Source: Halorarum halobium (GTDB lineage Archaea > Halobacteriota > Halobacteria > Halobacteriales > Haloferacaceae). From it: 64,000 bases of DNA. This document shows positions 52,181-63,168 of the stretch, in pieces. The notes under the pieces are model-generated. The model saw nothing but the letters and a program-made list of their open reading frames with translations, was not told where the DNA came from and ran no database searches. The position numbers and the translations under genes are program-made. Within the stretch, counting starts at the first letter, position 1; each line of letters opens with the position of its first letter. The stretch spans positions 2,852,001 to 2,916,000 of the forward strand of contig NZ_CP134949.1 of assembly GCF_032116555.1 (NCBI RefSeq), written 5' to 3'.

Positions 52181-52609
52181 TTACTGTCGGGTTTGACGGA
52201 CGAACTCGTCGAGTTTTGCTTCGATGAGTGTTGCGACGCGCTCGCTGTATTTCCAGAGTGCTGCGTTGAGTCGCTCTTCGGTCTCGTCGTCGAGGTCGTC
52301 GCCGCCACGGAGGACGGAGTCCCTGGTAATCTGTGGATGGTAGACACAGACGACGCCGAGAGAAGTGGCCGAGCTTGAGGTCCCCGCCGTGTGGATTCCG
52401 TACTGATCGGTCCCCCAGACACCATCGCCGCCCTGTCGCTCCAGTTCCGAGTCGAGTGCATCAAGCAGTTGTACCTCTTCGGGGGAGAGGATTGGATCGT
52501 CACCTTCGAATAGTTCAGCGTACGCCGCTCTCCGGGCACTATTCGTCCACTGGGCCAACTGGGAGCGCGCCCGGAGTACGAGCTGTCGTTCGTCTGGAAA
52601 CTCGACCAT
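52181..52609 (-). CDS. Conserved haloarchaeal hypothetical protein
   Basis: Acidic 142-aa ORF with coding-like codon usage. Confidence 0.7.
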   Translation of the reverse strand: MVEFPDERQLVLRARSQLAQWTNSARRAAYAELFEGDDPILSPEEVQLLDALDSELERQGGDGVWGTDQYGIHTAGTSSSATSLGVVCVYHPQITRDSVLRGGDDLDDETEERLNAALWKYSERVATLIEAKLDEFVRQTRQ

Positions 52610-53148
52610 GCTTCTATGAGGGTGGCCAGGTCAATGAACGTTGTACTCTCATACGGTGCCGAACCCGTCAAGTACGTCGACGACTGGGTGTTCGGCTATG
52701 AGCCTGTGGCTGCTGTCATCTGTACTGTATGGCAAGAGATGAGACGGACGTCCGTCCGAAGTGTGGTGAACCGATGATCGGCGCTACCTGCGCTCAAGAG
52801 ATGCTATGACAAATCACCTGAAATTGATGCTGCACACGCGCCCCGTATTCAGCATCACTCGGGAAGCATCATCTTCGAGTACTGCGATCTCGCAGGGGGG
52901 GAAGTTCTCCACTTGCACTGAACGGATCCTCGCCGCTCACAACATTCGGGGCGGCTCTGACTGTCCCAAGTGCAGGTGGAGCCTGGAGAATCGACCACCA
53001 CATACTCGAACAGGTCACCGGGTAAACGGCCTGAGAGTCAATCGTCGAGAGTGTACGGTAACGAGCTGTAACGGCTGGATCGGCCGACCATAAGAGACAA
53101 ACACGCAACCATTGCTGCCTCGGATCCAATTCGCCACGTAACACCGCG

Positions 53149-53640
53149 TTACACCTCACACAGACACTCGTAGCTCACACGACTTCCGTCCACGGGATGC
53201 TGGTGCAACACAGTCGCGAGCTCCAGCATCGCCTCTGCCTGGCCCTTAGTCGCGATCCCCAGCCGGTAGTACGTTTTCGTCCGGTTCTGCGTCCAGAGCT
53301 CCGCGAGTTCGTCGCCGAACGTCCCGTCGTCCAGTCCGACCTCAGCCCCGCGCTGGTAGAGCACTCGGTGGCTGCTGATGACTTCGCTGGGACCCATCGC
53401 CCCGTCGTGGAGCAGCCGGAACTGGATGGTCCGCTCGATGGCGACGAACGCCGACTCGATGCCGACCGTGTAGTACCCGCGATCTAAGAGTAACGACCCG
53501 GCTGCAAGGAGTCGGCACGCGCGACGAAGCTGCACCAGCTCCGCGTCGTCGACATCGAGTCCCTCCTCGATCGTCTCCGGCATGCGCTCAAAGGAATGTT
53601 CTGCTTCTCGTAACACCTCTCGAACGTCCTCATTCTCCAT
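53149..53640 (-). CDS. HEPN-like protein (MNT-HEPN module partner)
   Basis: Helical protein with GYY..IESAF.AIER and NRTKTYY; overlaps the upstream MNT gene. Confidence 0.7.
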   Translation of the reverse strand: MENEDVREVLREAEHSFERMPETIEEGLDVDDAELVQLRRACRLLAAGSLLLDRGYYTVGIESAFVAIERTIQFRLLHDGAMGPSEVISSHRVLYQRGAEVGLDDGTFGDELAELWTQNRTKTYYRLGIATKGQAEAMLELATVLHQHPVDGSRVSYECLCEV

Positions 53641-53950
53641 CGGCGTACACCTCCCGACGAAGGTCGGCAAGCTCGTCGGACCCGACCAGCGTGAGTCCCT
53701 TATCAAACTGTTCCTGCAACCGTTCGCCGATCCGCTGCGCGCTCTCGACCGACTCGACTAGGCACTCGAACGTGTACCGGTTCCCCTCGAACGGTCTCTC
53801 TTCGAGGTCGCGAACGATCGACTGCACCGCACGCCGGGCGGGCGTTTTCTCACCTCGAACGATTACCAGCAGGTCGATGTCGCTCGCCCGGTCCGCCTCC
53901 CCCCGGGCTACACTGCCGAACAACACGATTCCGACCAGGTCCTCGACCTC
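53630..53950 (-). pseudogene. Minimal nucleotidyltransferase (MNT), 5'-truncated
   Basis: GIVLFGSVARGEADRASDIDLLV; upstream portion replaced by the integrase remnant. Confidence 0.8.
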
Positions 53951-54896
53951 TACCTGGAGGACAAGGCCCGGGCGTTCCAGCAGTCGACCGTCGGATCCCA
54001 CCGCTCCCGGCTCGGCTCCTCATTCGATGGTGCGACGACCAGGGTATCGACAACCTGAACGAGCTGACCGCCCGCGACCTCCACGAGTTCCGAGTCTGGC
54101 GCCGCCAGGACCTCAACGTCGTCAGCGAGAAAACGCAGATGGACACGCTCCGCGTGTTCATCCAGTGGTGCGAAACCATCGACGCTGTCCAGCCTGGTCT
54201 ATTCCGCAAGGTCGACTCCCCGGCCATCCCCGATGGGGGCAACGCCAAGGAGACAGTGTTACACGCCGATCAGGCCCTACGAGTACGCTACCGCCCAGCA
54301 CGTCTGCTGGCTCATCCTCGCCGAGACCGGGATGCGCATGGGCGCAGCCAGGGCGCTGGACGTCGAGGACTACCAGCCCGACGCCGACACGCCACACCTC
54401 CGCATCCGTCACCGTCCGGATACAGACACCCCGATCAAGAACGGCCAGAGCGGTGAGCGCAAGGTGGCCATCTCCCCGGAGGCGACGGACGTGGTCGACG
54501 ACTATCTCGAAACCGCCGACCGGACATGACGGACGACTACGACCGAAAGCCGCTACTGGCGACCCAGCATGGGCGGATCGGATAGTCGACACTCCGGTCG
54601 TACATCTACGACTGGTCCCGCCTGCACGACCTCGGACACGTGCCCCCACGGCCGGGACATCGGCGACTGTGAGGCCGTGCAGACGCTCGACAACGCGCCG
54701 GGCTGCCCGTCCAGCGATCCGCCGGTGAATACACACCTACCTGCTCCAGACCGGTGTGCCCGTCCAGACCGTCAGCGACCGCCGTAACGTCTCACCGGTG
54801 GTTATCGACGAGCACTACGATGTCCGGTCCGATGACGAGAAGATGCAGCAGCGCGAAGAAGCGCTCCGTAAGGCGCTAGACGAAGCCGATAGCTGA
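53940..54896 (+). pseudogene. Tyrosine recombinase/integrase (halovirus/ICE-type), multiply frameshifted
   Basis: LNELTARDLHEFRVWR, ETGMRMGAARALD, TPIKNG..GER, CPHGRD, VIDEHYD spread over different frames. Confidence 0.88.
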
Positions 54897-55201
54897 CTCC
54901 GTTGGAATTCGGTTCTCGTGGCTCTGTGAAACTCTCAAAATCTGAAACAGAAGAGGCGCTGCATACAGAGCGTCTCTTCAGCAGGACCCGATGCTGATGC
55001 GTCTACTAAATGTTGGAGCCCATGTTCGCAGGCAGTCGGCAGAACGAGGAGGACAGTTGATGGCCTCTAGATCCACGGAACCAGTTCACTACTGACAGCA
55101 GTCAGTCACCCGCGAATTCATTAGATGGTTTTAGTTGATGGAACGAGATGCATGAATATGGACACGCTACAACCGAACGGCAGTACGTTCCAGGGGTACC
55201 G

Positions 55202-56533
55202 ATGGTAAACGTCGTGCTCTCAGCGGCACAAATCGTCTTAGCGCTGTTTCTCGTGGTGCTCAACGGCTTTTTTGTCGCAGCAGAGTTCGCCTTCGTTCGG
55301 ATTCGGGGAACGTCGGTTGAGCAACTCGTCGAGGAGGGGCGGCCCGGCTCGGGAACGCTCCAAGAAGTGATGACGAACCTCGACAACTACCTCGCCACGA
55401 CGCAACTCGGCATCACCATCGCCTCGCTCGGGTTGGGATGGGTCGGCGAACCCGCCGTGGCGGCGCTCATCGAACCCGTACTGGAACCGGTTCTCCCCGC
55501 AAATCTCATCCATCTCGTCGCGTTCGCAATCGGCTTTAGTATCATCACGTTTCTCCACGTCGTCTTCGGTGAACTCGCGCCGAAGACGCTCGCAATCGCC
55601 CAGACCGAGCGACTCTCGCTGTTCCTCGCCCCGCCGATGAAGTTCTTCTATTACATACTCTATCCGGGAATTGTCGTCTTCAACGGGGCAGCCAATGCGT
55701 TCACGCGGTCGCTCGGTGTGCCGCCCGCGTCCGAAACGGATGAGACACTCGGCGAGCGGGAGCTCCTTCGGGTACTAACACGATCCGGCGAGGGCGGGGA
55801 CATCGACGTGACGGAAGTGACGATGATCGAGCGGGTCTTCGATCTCGACGACACCATGGTGCGGGAGGTCATGGTCCCACGACCAGACGTGGTGAGTGTT
55901 CCGGCGGATGCCACGCTATCCGAACTACATTCGACCGTCTTAGAGGCCGGTCACACGCGCTATCCGGTTCTTGACGCCGACGACGGTGACCAGGTGGTTG
56001 GATTCGTCGATGTCAAGGACGTATTGCGAGCAGAGGTAGACGATGGGGATGCCGAGGTAGTCGATGACATCGCCCGCGATATTCTCATCGTCCCGGAAAC
56101 GATGGCAATCAGCGATCTCCTGATACAGTTCAGAGAGGATCGCCAGCAGATGGCCGCAGTCATCGACGAGTGGGGAGCGTTCGAGGGGATTGCGACGGTC
56201 GAAGACATCGTCGAGGCCCTCGTCGGAGACCTTCGGGACGGGTTCGATCTCGATGAGCGCGAACATTCGATACGCCAGCGTGACGATGAGGGGTACGACG
56301 TTGACGGCGGAGTCCCATTATCGAAAGTTTCCGATGCCCTCGATGGCGACTTCGATAGCGAAGCGGTCGAAACGATCGGTGGGCTGGTGCTGGGACGACT
56401 CAACCGCGCGCCAGAACCTGGCGACCGCGTCGAGATCGACGATCACGTCGTTGAGGTAACGAGCGTTGAGGGGACTCGAATTTCGACGGTATGGGTCCAC
56501 GAAAGAGATATCGACGATCCAGCAGTGGACTGA
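55202..56533 (+). CDS. CNNM/CorC-HlyC (TlyC) family Mg2+/Co2+ transport-associated protein
   Basis: NGFFVAAEFA, QLGIT, GELAPK, CBS pair, ETIGGLV CorC domain. Confidence 0.93.
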   Translation: MVNVVLSAAQIVLALFLVVLNGFFVAAEFAFVRIRGTSVEQLVEEGRPGSGTLQEVMTNLDNYLATTQLGITIASLGLGWVGEPAVAALIEPVLEPVLPANLIHLVAFAIGFSIITFLHVVFGELAPKTLAIAQTERLSLFLAPPMKFFYYILYPGIVVFNGAANAFTRSLGVPPASETDETLGERELLRVLTRSGEGGDIDVTEVTMIERVFDLDDTMVREVMVPRPDVVSVPADATLSELHSTVLEAGHTRYPVLDADDGDQVVGFVDVKDVLRAEVDDGDAEVVDDIARDILIVPETMAISDLLIQFREDRQQMAAVIDEWGAFEGIATVEDIVEALVGDLRDGFDLDEREHSIRQRDDEGYDVDGGVPLSKVSDALDGDFDSEAVETIGGLVLGRLNRAPEPGDRVEIDDHVVEVTSVEGTRISTVWVHERDIDDPAVD

Positions 56534-57100
56534 TCGGGATTTGCGTTGATCCTTATACTTTCCAGTGTAGCAGATCACAAATCTGTTGAAATCGGCGTGC
56601 AAGACTTAGAGGGTGTATTCAGCAACCACGATACGCACCACGGTGATGAATTGGATCGCCGCGGGTACCCGCTTGCCAGGCGTCACACTATACGTGGCCC
56701 TCCTGACCGGATACGTCGGGTCACAGAAGCTCCTCCGGCATCCACGACGAGTTCCTCGTTCAACCTCCGCTTCCCGGGCATTCCCTCCGGACGCTGTCCC
56801 AGTCGCCCCCAGCGTACACCTCGCAGAGTGGCTCCCCAGGTTCGAGACACGTGACTCGATCGGAGACACGCTGACCGACAGCGGACCCAACGGCATGCTC
56901 CAGCTGACGCTCGTCGGAGCGACCGATCTGCTCGTCGAGGGTTTCCTCGCCGGACGCGGGCCACTCCTGCTCGCCCAGGTCCTCGGCTTTCCTGCTCCGT
57001 GGTTCGTCGACGACCCAACCGTCTACTGGGCACTCCTCCCGACGAGCACCCTGTGTCCGACCGGTGGCAGGAGCGTCTCCGTCGATACGAGCACAGGGAA

Positions 57101-57153
57101 GCTCACAGTGTACACACGGCAAGGGCTAAGTGTGCTGGCTCACAGCGTACACA
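57101..57153 (+). promoter_or_regulatory. Direct-repeat operator upstream of the RHH-PIN TA operon
   Basis: GCTCACAGTGTACACA (57101-57116) and GCTCACAGCGTACACA (57138-57153). Confidence 0.6.
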
Positions 57154-57458
57154 TGATGAGTAGCGAGAAGAAGCGTGTCCAGTTCCGAGCACCGCACCGG
57201 CTCATCGATCGGACCGATGCCCTCGCGGACGTCCTCGGGGAAGACCGAACCGACATCCTCGTGACCGCACTCCGAGAGTACCTCCAGGAGGCGGCCCATG
57301 ACGACGCGCTCACACAGGAGATCGCGGCCGCATTCTACGACGATGAGATCTCCGTCGACCAGCTCAACGCGCTCGTCGGCGCCGAAGAGGCGGCAAACCT
57401 CCGTGTGTTGAAACAGCAGCTGGACGATGACTTCATCGACGAGGTTGCCGACGCATAG
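57153..57458 (+). CDS. Ribbon-helix-helix-type antitoxin
   Basis: KRVQFRAPHRLIDRTDALA...RTDILVTALREYL; abuts the PIN gene. Confidence 0.8.
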   Translation: MMSSEKKRVQFRAPHRLIDRTDALADVLGEDRTDILVTALREYLQEAAHDDALTQEIAAAFYDDEISVDQLNALVGAEEAANLRVLKQQLDDDFIDEVADA

Positions 57459-57977
57459 ATGTCCCGGCTCGTCGCAGACGCCTCCACCCTCGTCAGGATC
57501 GGGGTCGCCGCTGACAGCGACCCCGATCCGCTCTCGATGTGTCTGGCCCGGTACGAGGTCGTCGTCCCAACGGTGGTCATCGAGGAACTCCGGGAGATCG
57601 CTTCCTACGAGGATCACCACGGTCGTGCCGCAACAACCGTCCTCGACAGAACTGATGCACTCACCACTCGGACGGTCGACCTCGACGCCGAGTTTCCGCT
57701 TGATGACGGCGAGAACGCCGCGGTCACCCTCGCGAACGAACTCGAAGCTGCCCTGCTGTGCTGTGACGAGTTCACCCAGCTTGGCTTGATCCACGCGTCA
57801 CTTGCTGATACCAGGCTCGTCACGACGCCGACACTGCTGTCGATTCTCGTTCGAACCGAGCAGCTGACGGTCGCCGATGCTCGCACTCTCCTCGACGAGA
57901 TCAGCGACGCCCGCAGCTGGGACGCGAACAGCTACGTGCAACGGGCCCGCTCGGTGCTCGAAGAGACCGACCACTGA
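57459..57977 (+). CDS. PIN-domain (VapC/DUF3368-like) toxin
   Basis: LVADAS, VVIEEL, LDDGENAAV, CDE acidic residues. Confidence 0.82.
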   Translation: MSRLVADASTLVRIGVAADSDPDPLSMCLARYEVVVPTVVIEELREIASYEDHHGRAATTVLDRTDALTTRTVDLDAEFPLDDGENAAVTLANELEAALLCCDEFTQLGLIHASLADTRLVTTPTLLSILVRTEQLTVADARTLLDEISDARSWDANSYVQRARSVLEETDH

Positions 57978-58136
57978 CGTCGAGCGAACCGCCTAGACAC
58001 CCAGCCGTGACCTGCATCGTCACTTCCAGGGGGCCGTCCCCACGGACGGTTCCGAACGTTGACTCGCTCGCTCGTCCCCATCCATCGAGATCTCACCCTG
58101 TCGTGCAACGACTGGTGAGACACAGCGAGCGGAAGG

Positions 58137-58514
58137 ATGCAGCCACCGAAGCATCGAACCCCACAACCCATGCGTTCCGGTCCCTCCATCCGAGATCGAA
58201 TTCGCCCAAGAGTGGTGCTCGTGTTGCTGGTGGTTGTCGGCGCAGCCACCTACTTCGAGTTCATCTACACTGAGTTCACCGTGTATGCGGTCCTTCTCCG
58301 ACTCCTGGTCGTCCCACTGTTGTTTGCAAGCACGGTGACGGGAGTTCGAGACCAGCCCTTGTACAAGTCGCTCGCGTACGTGGGCTTCATCGCGGTTGGC
58401 GTCCTTCAGTACCTCGACGGTGAGTGGGTCCTGCTTGCCGGGGTGTTCATTCTCGCTGGCCGCGCGGGACTGGTCGCTGACCGTCTCAGGCAGGCGTCTC
58501 CTGCAGTTTCGTGA
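58137..58514 (+). CDS. Small four-TM membrane protein
   Basis: Four hydrophobic segments. Confidence 0.6.
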   Translation: MQPPKHRTPQPMRSGPSIRDRIRPRVVLVLLVVVGAATYFEFIYTEFTVYAVLLRLLVVPLLFASTVTGVRDQPLYKSLAYVGFIAVGVLQYLDGEWVLLAGVFILAGRAGLVADRLRQASPAVS

Positions 58515-58824
58515 CTCAACGGCCGCCGGTGTGCTATGCTGCTTTGATACGCCGTCTCGAACTCTGTCGGATGCCGTGGTGACCATCCCTCCTGACGGCG
58601 TCCGCTCTTCCAGTGGTCACGACCGATGGATGCGCCGGACGACGGCACCACCGCCTGGAATACGTCTCCATGTCAATAGAGTCCAAGCATAAATAATTTC
58701 TTATTAAATATATCTGTTTCCCATATTGTATTCTCTATACTTCATTATAAATTATATTGTGCCAGCGGGAACTGGGAAGGACTGATGGGGGGAGGAACGC
58801 GCGGGGTGCTCGCACCGGCGGGAG

Positions 58825-59573
58825 TGACGACTCACGCAACGGGCGAGCCACCTCGCGTCCGCCATCGCCATGGAGACGCTCGTCGACGATCCCGAATCGT
58901 ACGTCGTCCGAACGACGGAGGAAGCGAGCAAACTCCGTGCCGACGCGACGTGGCTCATCGACCAACTGCGGCCGTTCGCGGAGGGCGGCCGGTTCGCAAA
59001 CCTCGGCCGACCGACCGAGTTCGACATTCGGGACGAGAGCCTCATCTGTCTCGATCTCGGCCAACAGGAGGGGAACGTCGGCGGGAGCACAAGCCTGCTG
59101 ATGCAGTTGCTCATCTCGTTGGTGTACGAACGAGTAAAAGAGACACCGCAGGAGGCCGCCTTCGTAATCGACGAAGCGCGCTACGTGATGCAGGATACTG
59201 CCAGTCTCTCGTTCCTCGAGACAGTGTTTCGCCACCACCGGCACCACGACCTCTCGATTCGACTCGTCACCCAGACCGTCGACGAGTTCTTCCAGCACCT
59301 GAATCGGAGGCGATCCTCGACCAGTGTGCGATCAAGCAGTTCCATCGATTAGATGGGATGGACGAAGAGTGGGCCAACGAGTTCGGGCTGAACTACGCAC
59401 AGATGCGCTTCGTGCAGGACGCCGTCCCCGGCAATGACCAGACGGGCTACTCGGAGGCGCTGCTCGGCGTGGACGGAGAGTGGCGCGGGATGGAGCTCCG
59501 AGCCCTGCCCCGAGAGGCTGAGGTGATCGACTTCGATCCGACGAGTGGTGGTGTCGATGTCGATTCGAATTGA
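58825..59573 (+). pseudogene. virB4: C-terminal remnant of a VirB4-like conjugative ATPase
   Basis: FVIDEARY Walker B, LVTQTVDEF; frameshift at ~59296; Walker A half absent. Confidence 0.8.
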
Positions 59574-60784
59574 AGGAGACCCCGAGCAGTGTACGCTGAA
59601 CTGCTCGAGATCTTCGTTCCGAACTCCATGTTCCGGGCGGTATAGTATCGGGTGCCCACCGACCCTCGCACATGCGGTACGGTCTCGAGCAACGGCGCGA
59701 GCAAATAATACCTGATTTCAGTGTATGACATATAAAATATGTTTTGCGAAGCCAGTCATGAGGAACGTTTCGAACCTCGGGGGAGCGCGCAGTCGCCATC
59801 CTCGGTCATCGCGCCCAGTATGCGTATCGAGCCGCGTTGCCTGGTGCTGCACCGATTGGGTTTGGCCTCACACGAAGATCGCGGACCAGGCGAAGCGATC
59901 TGCACATTTTCGCTGTTTTACGCTACGGGCGTCCGTGGCGTTCACCTCTCGCCAGGGGTGCACTTTCCCGAAATTCGAATTGGCCGGATCGGTTAGTTAA
60001 CGCCGCCGATGGCTTGGTTCCAGATATCTCCACCGCGCTCCTCTGGAGTAGCCGCCGGCAGGTCGGGATCACCAGTCGACACCCCACGTGTTCGCACTTT
60101 CTCAATCGATGATTGCTGACTCATCGGCTCCACCTTCCTCGACCGATCCGTAGACTGTACTTTCAACATCTATGTAATATTATAGTTACCTTCTTTGTTG
60201 TATAATTCTAAATACTGTTATGAGCGATCCGGGTGAATGACTCGTCAGTGAACGCCACCCGACGACGTTCCGGGGCCGTCAGCGGCGTCTCATCGGTCGT
60301 GGCCACAGTCTCACGGGACGGGAACCGCACGAGGAATCGGAATCCGTTCGGGGCCGAACCGCTCGACCTACTGCTGGGGAGGTTTCCATAGCGAAACACA
60401 GTTGCTGAACGCCGCCGGACGGGAGAGCACGGAATTTATATCCACCCGAAATATCCCGGAACTATTTGGAGATAAACCCACTATTCGGGTTATCTTGAGT
60501 ATTCTCGTCATGATATACGAATAATCTACATGATCTCGGGGGAGTGGAGGGTGAGCCAGCCACGACATCGGCCACGCTTCCATTACGTCACTATGATCGT
60601 AATTGCAATGGATGTTGGCACAGTATATCGCCGAACACCGGGTTCGAAAGAGTTTCTCTCGGGAAACATTCTTCTCAGATATCCTAGTTGTAGTCCAAGT
60701 TCGATCGGCACCGATTAACTGAGACGCCGCGACCAGTTCTAATATGAACAAAGAGGCGAGAATCGTTTTCCAGAAGAAACTATT

Positions 60785-61579
60785 ATGAGTCTCCCGGTTG
60801 ATCCACTTCCCATGCCACCGACCGAGACGGGCACTCCGACGATACAGGCCGTCGAGACCTCACACGAGATCATCGAAGCGCTTCGCGAACTTGATCAGCC
60901 CACCGTCACGGACGTCGCAACGCACATCGAATCCTCAAAAGGTGGCGTGTTCAAACACCTGAAGACGCTCCAGAAGAGCGGCTTCGTCATCCGTGAAGGG
61001 AACCAGTATCGACTCGGACTAAGGTTCCTCGACATCGGCGGAGAGCTCCGATACTCCCATCCTCGCTCCCAGACGATCAAAGAGAAAATGAAAGAGCTGG
61101 CGGAGGAAACCGACGAGACCAGCATCTACACCGTGTTGGATGATACGAAGACGACCACACTGTACCGGGAGACCGGAAGTCGTGGGGTATCCACGAGAAC
61201 ACGAATCGGGAAGCGGCTGTATCCACACGAAACCGCGGCAGGAAAATCAATCCTCTCACAGCTTCCCAGAGGAGAGGTGGAGGACATTATCGACGACGTG
61301 GGGCTTCCACCCATCACGGAGAACACGATCACCGAGAAGGAGCGGTTCATCGAGGAGCTCGATACAGTTCGTGAGAGGGGGTACGCCTACAATCTGGGCG
61401 AGAGCGTGGAAGGGTTAGTCGCTATGGCTGTTCCACTCGTCCCCAACGGGGAGGTCATGGGTGCCTGCTCCGTTACGGGACCGTATCACCGAATGAAGGA
61501 GGATCCGATCAACGAGGAAATCACCGACACGCTGTTGAGCTTCGTGAACGAACTCGAACTGAACATTGCACATTCCTAG
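60785..61579 (+). CDS. IclR-family transcriptional regulator
   Basis: HLKTL..GFV..YRLGLRFL, TAAGKSIL, TENTIT, RERGYA. Confidence 0.94.
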   Translation: MSLPVDPLPMPPTETGTPTIQAVETSHEIIEALRELDQPTVTDVATHIESSKGGVFKHLKTLQKSGFVIREGNQYRLGLRFLDIGGELRYSHPRSQTIKEKMKELAEETDETSIYTVLDDTKTTTLYRETGSRGVSTRTRIGKRLYPHETAAGKSILSQLPRGEVEDIIDDVGLPPITENTITEKERFIEELDTVRERGYAYNLGESVEGLVAMAVPLVPNGEVMGACSVTGPYHRMKEDPINEEITDTLLSFVNELELNIAHS

Positions 61580-61700
61580 TCGGGATGCCGTTCACCGTGT
61601 CACCGGAGCCCTGTGGAGAGTGCTGTTGAACGAGCGGCTGGCTCAACGGTTGTCATATGCGAAAAGTATATTGCACCCTGCGGAAAACGGCTGAGATGGG

Positions 61701-62066
61701 ATGGAAGGAACGATCGACCATATCGAGATAGAAGCTAGCGACGCGGACGAAATGGCAGAATTCTTACAAACACTCGGATTCGAGATTCACCGTGAAACCG
61801 AGCACCACGGGAAGTCATACGAACTCAAACCCCCGAACTCGGACCAACCGCTCTTCGAAATCCACACGGTTGAGGGTGAGGAGGTACCGGGAATCAACCA
61901 CATCGCGTTCGAATCGGACCAGGTCGAATCCCTCGCGGAAGAACTCCGGGAGGACGATGTCGACCAGGTCAGCGATCCGTACTACGTCGAGGCCACCGGG
62001 CGTACGATCGTGAATTTCAGGGATCCCGACGGCCGTCGGTTCCAGGTCGTCTCCTCCGAAGAGTAA
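61701..62066 (+). CDS. VOC/glyoxalase family protein
   Basis: IDHIEI, GINHIAF, FRDPDG. Confidence 0.9.
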   Translation: MEGTIDHIEIEASDADEMAEFLQTLGFEIHRETEHHGKSYELKPPNSDQPLFEIHTVEGEEVPGINHIAFESDQVESLAEELREDDVDQVSDPYYVEATGRTIVNFRDPDGRRFQVVSSEE

Positions 62067-62151
62067 CAGCATCGACGAGAGCGGAGTCGAACCGACAGGA
62101 ACGAGTCTCGTGGTGGAAGAGTAACCGCCCCTCCCACGGGCCTATCGTCGC

Positions 62152-63114
62152 TTACTCCGGATCGACTGCGAGGTACTCGTCGTTGATCGATTCACCACGA
62201 AGGAGTGCGAGCGTGTTACCTGCGAGCATGTTGATCCCTCGCTTCCGGTAGTCCTCGGTCATGGCTGCGACGTGTGGCGTGGTGATGACGGTATCCAGTT
62301 CGTGGAGGCGGGAGTGAGACGGCAGCGGTTCCGTCTCGAAGACGTCGAGACCGGCTCCAGCAAGCCGTCCATTGCAGATCGCCTCGATCAACGCGTCCGT
62401 ATCGACGATGGGTCCCCGTGCGGTGTTGACGAGGATTGCGTCGTCCTGCATCGCATCGAACGCACCTTCATCGAACGTCCCACGCGTCTCGTCGGTGAGT
62501 TCCGCGTTTACAGAGATGAACTCGCTCTCGGAGAGGAGGCGCTCGAACGTGACGAGTTCCGTATCGGTGAGCTCCGACTCGATTTCCTGCACGTACGGAT
62601 CATACGCGATCGTGTGGACACCGAACCCCGAGAGGAGCTTTCCGACTCGGCGTCCGATGTTCCCGTAACCGTAGATGCCAACCGTCTTTCCGGATACCAT
62701 CGTTCCCAGTGGAGCCGTATCCCGCCAGTTCCCATCCCGAAGAAGCGCCTGTGTCGGTCCGACCTTTCGCGCGACGGCGAGGAGGAGGGCAACGGTGTGT
62801 TCAGCGACCGAAAGTGCGTTCATTCCGGGCGTATGCGTAACGACGACTCCCCGTTCACTGGCCGCCTCAAGGTCGACGTTGTCGATGCCCGTACCCAGTT
62901 TTGCGACGACACCGAGATCGGTCTCTGCGAGGACCGATTCCGTGACCGACAGCCGGGAAGTGGTGAACAGGACGTCCAGACCGTCTAGTGCGTCGATCAG
63001 CGCCCCTTCGCTCGCGTCGATTCCAATCTCGAGATCGATCTCCGGTGTGACTGCGTCCCGCAGGATTTCGTTGGGCTGAACGTCCTGATCGGCGATCGCG
63101 TGCCACGAACTCAT
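62152..63114 (-). CDS. D-2-hydroxyacid dehydrogenase (SerA-like)
   Basis: GTGIDNVD, GYGNIG, NTARG, LDVFETEP, TPHVA. Confidence 0.93.
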   Translation of the reverse strand: MSSWHAIADQDVQPNEILRDAVTPEIDLEIGIDASEGALIDALDGLDVLFTTSRLSVTESVLAETDLGVVAKLGTGIDNVDLEAASERGVVVTHTPGMNALSVAEHTVALLLAVARKVGPTQALLRDGNWRDTAPLGTMVSGKTVGIYGYGNIGRRVGKLLSGFGVHTIAYDPYVQEIESELTDTELVTFERLLSESEFISVNAELTDETRGTFDEGAFDAMQDDAILVNTARGPIVDTDALIEAICNGRLAGAGLDVFETEPLPSHSRLHELDTVITTPHVAAMTEDYRKRGINMLAGNTLALLRGESINDEYLAVDPE

Positions 63115-63168
63115 GCTCGGTTCTCACAGGCCAAGGATAGTATATATTCCCCTTCGTTCGTTTCTCCT

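Noticed and set aside
56613..57100. N-terminal extension of the 281-aa ORF upstream of the RHH antitoxin
   Set aside because: Non-coding-like; the operator and ATG at 57153 fit a 101-aa antitoxin better.
58685..58760. Very AT-rich patch as a possible replication origin
   Set aside because: No ORB elements or orc1/cdc6 gene nearby; more likely a promoter or junction remnant.
59750..59900. LGAMTEDGD peptide (- strand) reminiscent of an IS630 transposase
   Set aside because: Match too short; no TIRs or further motifs.
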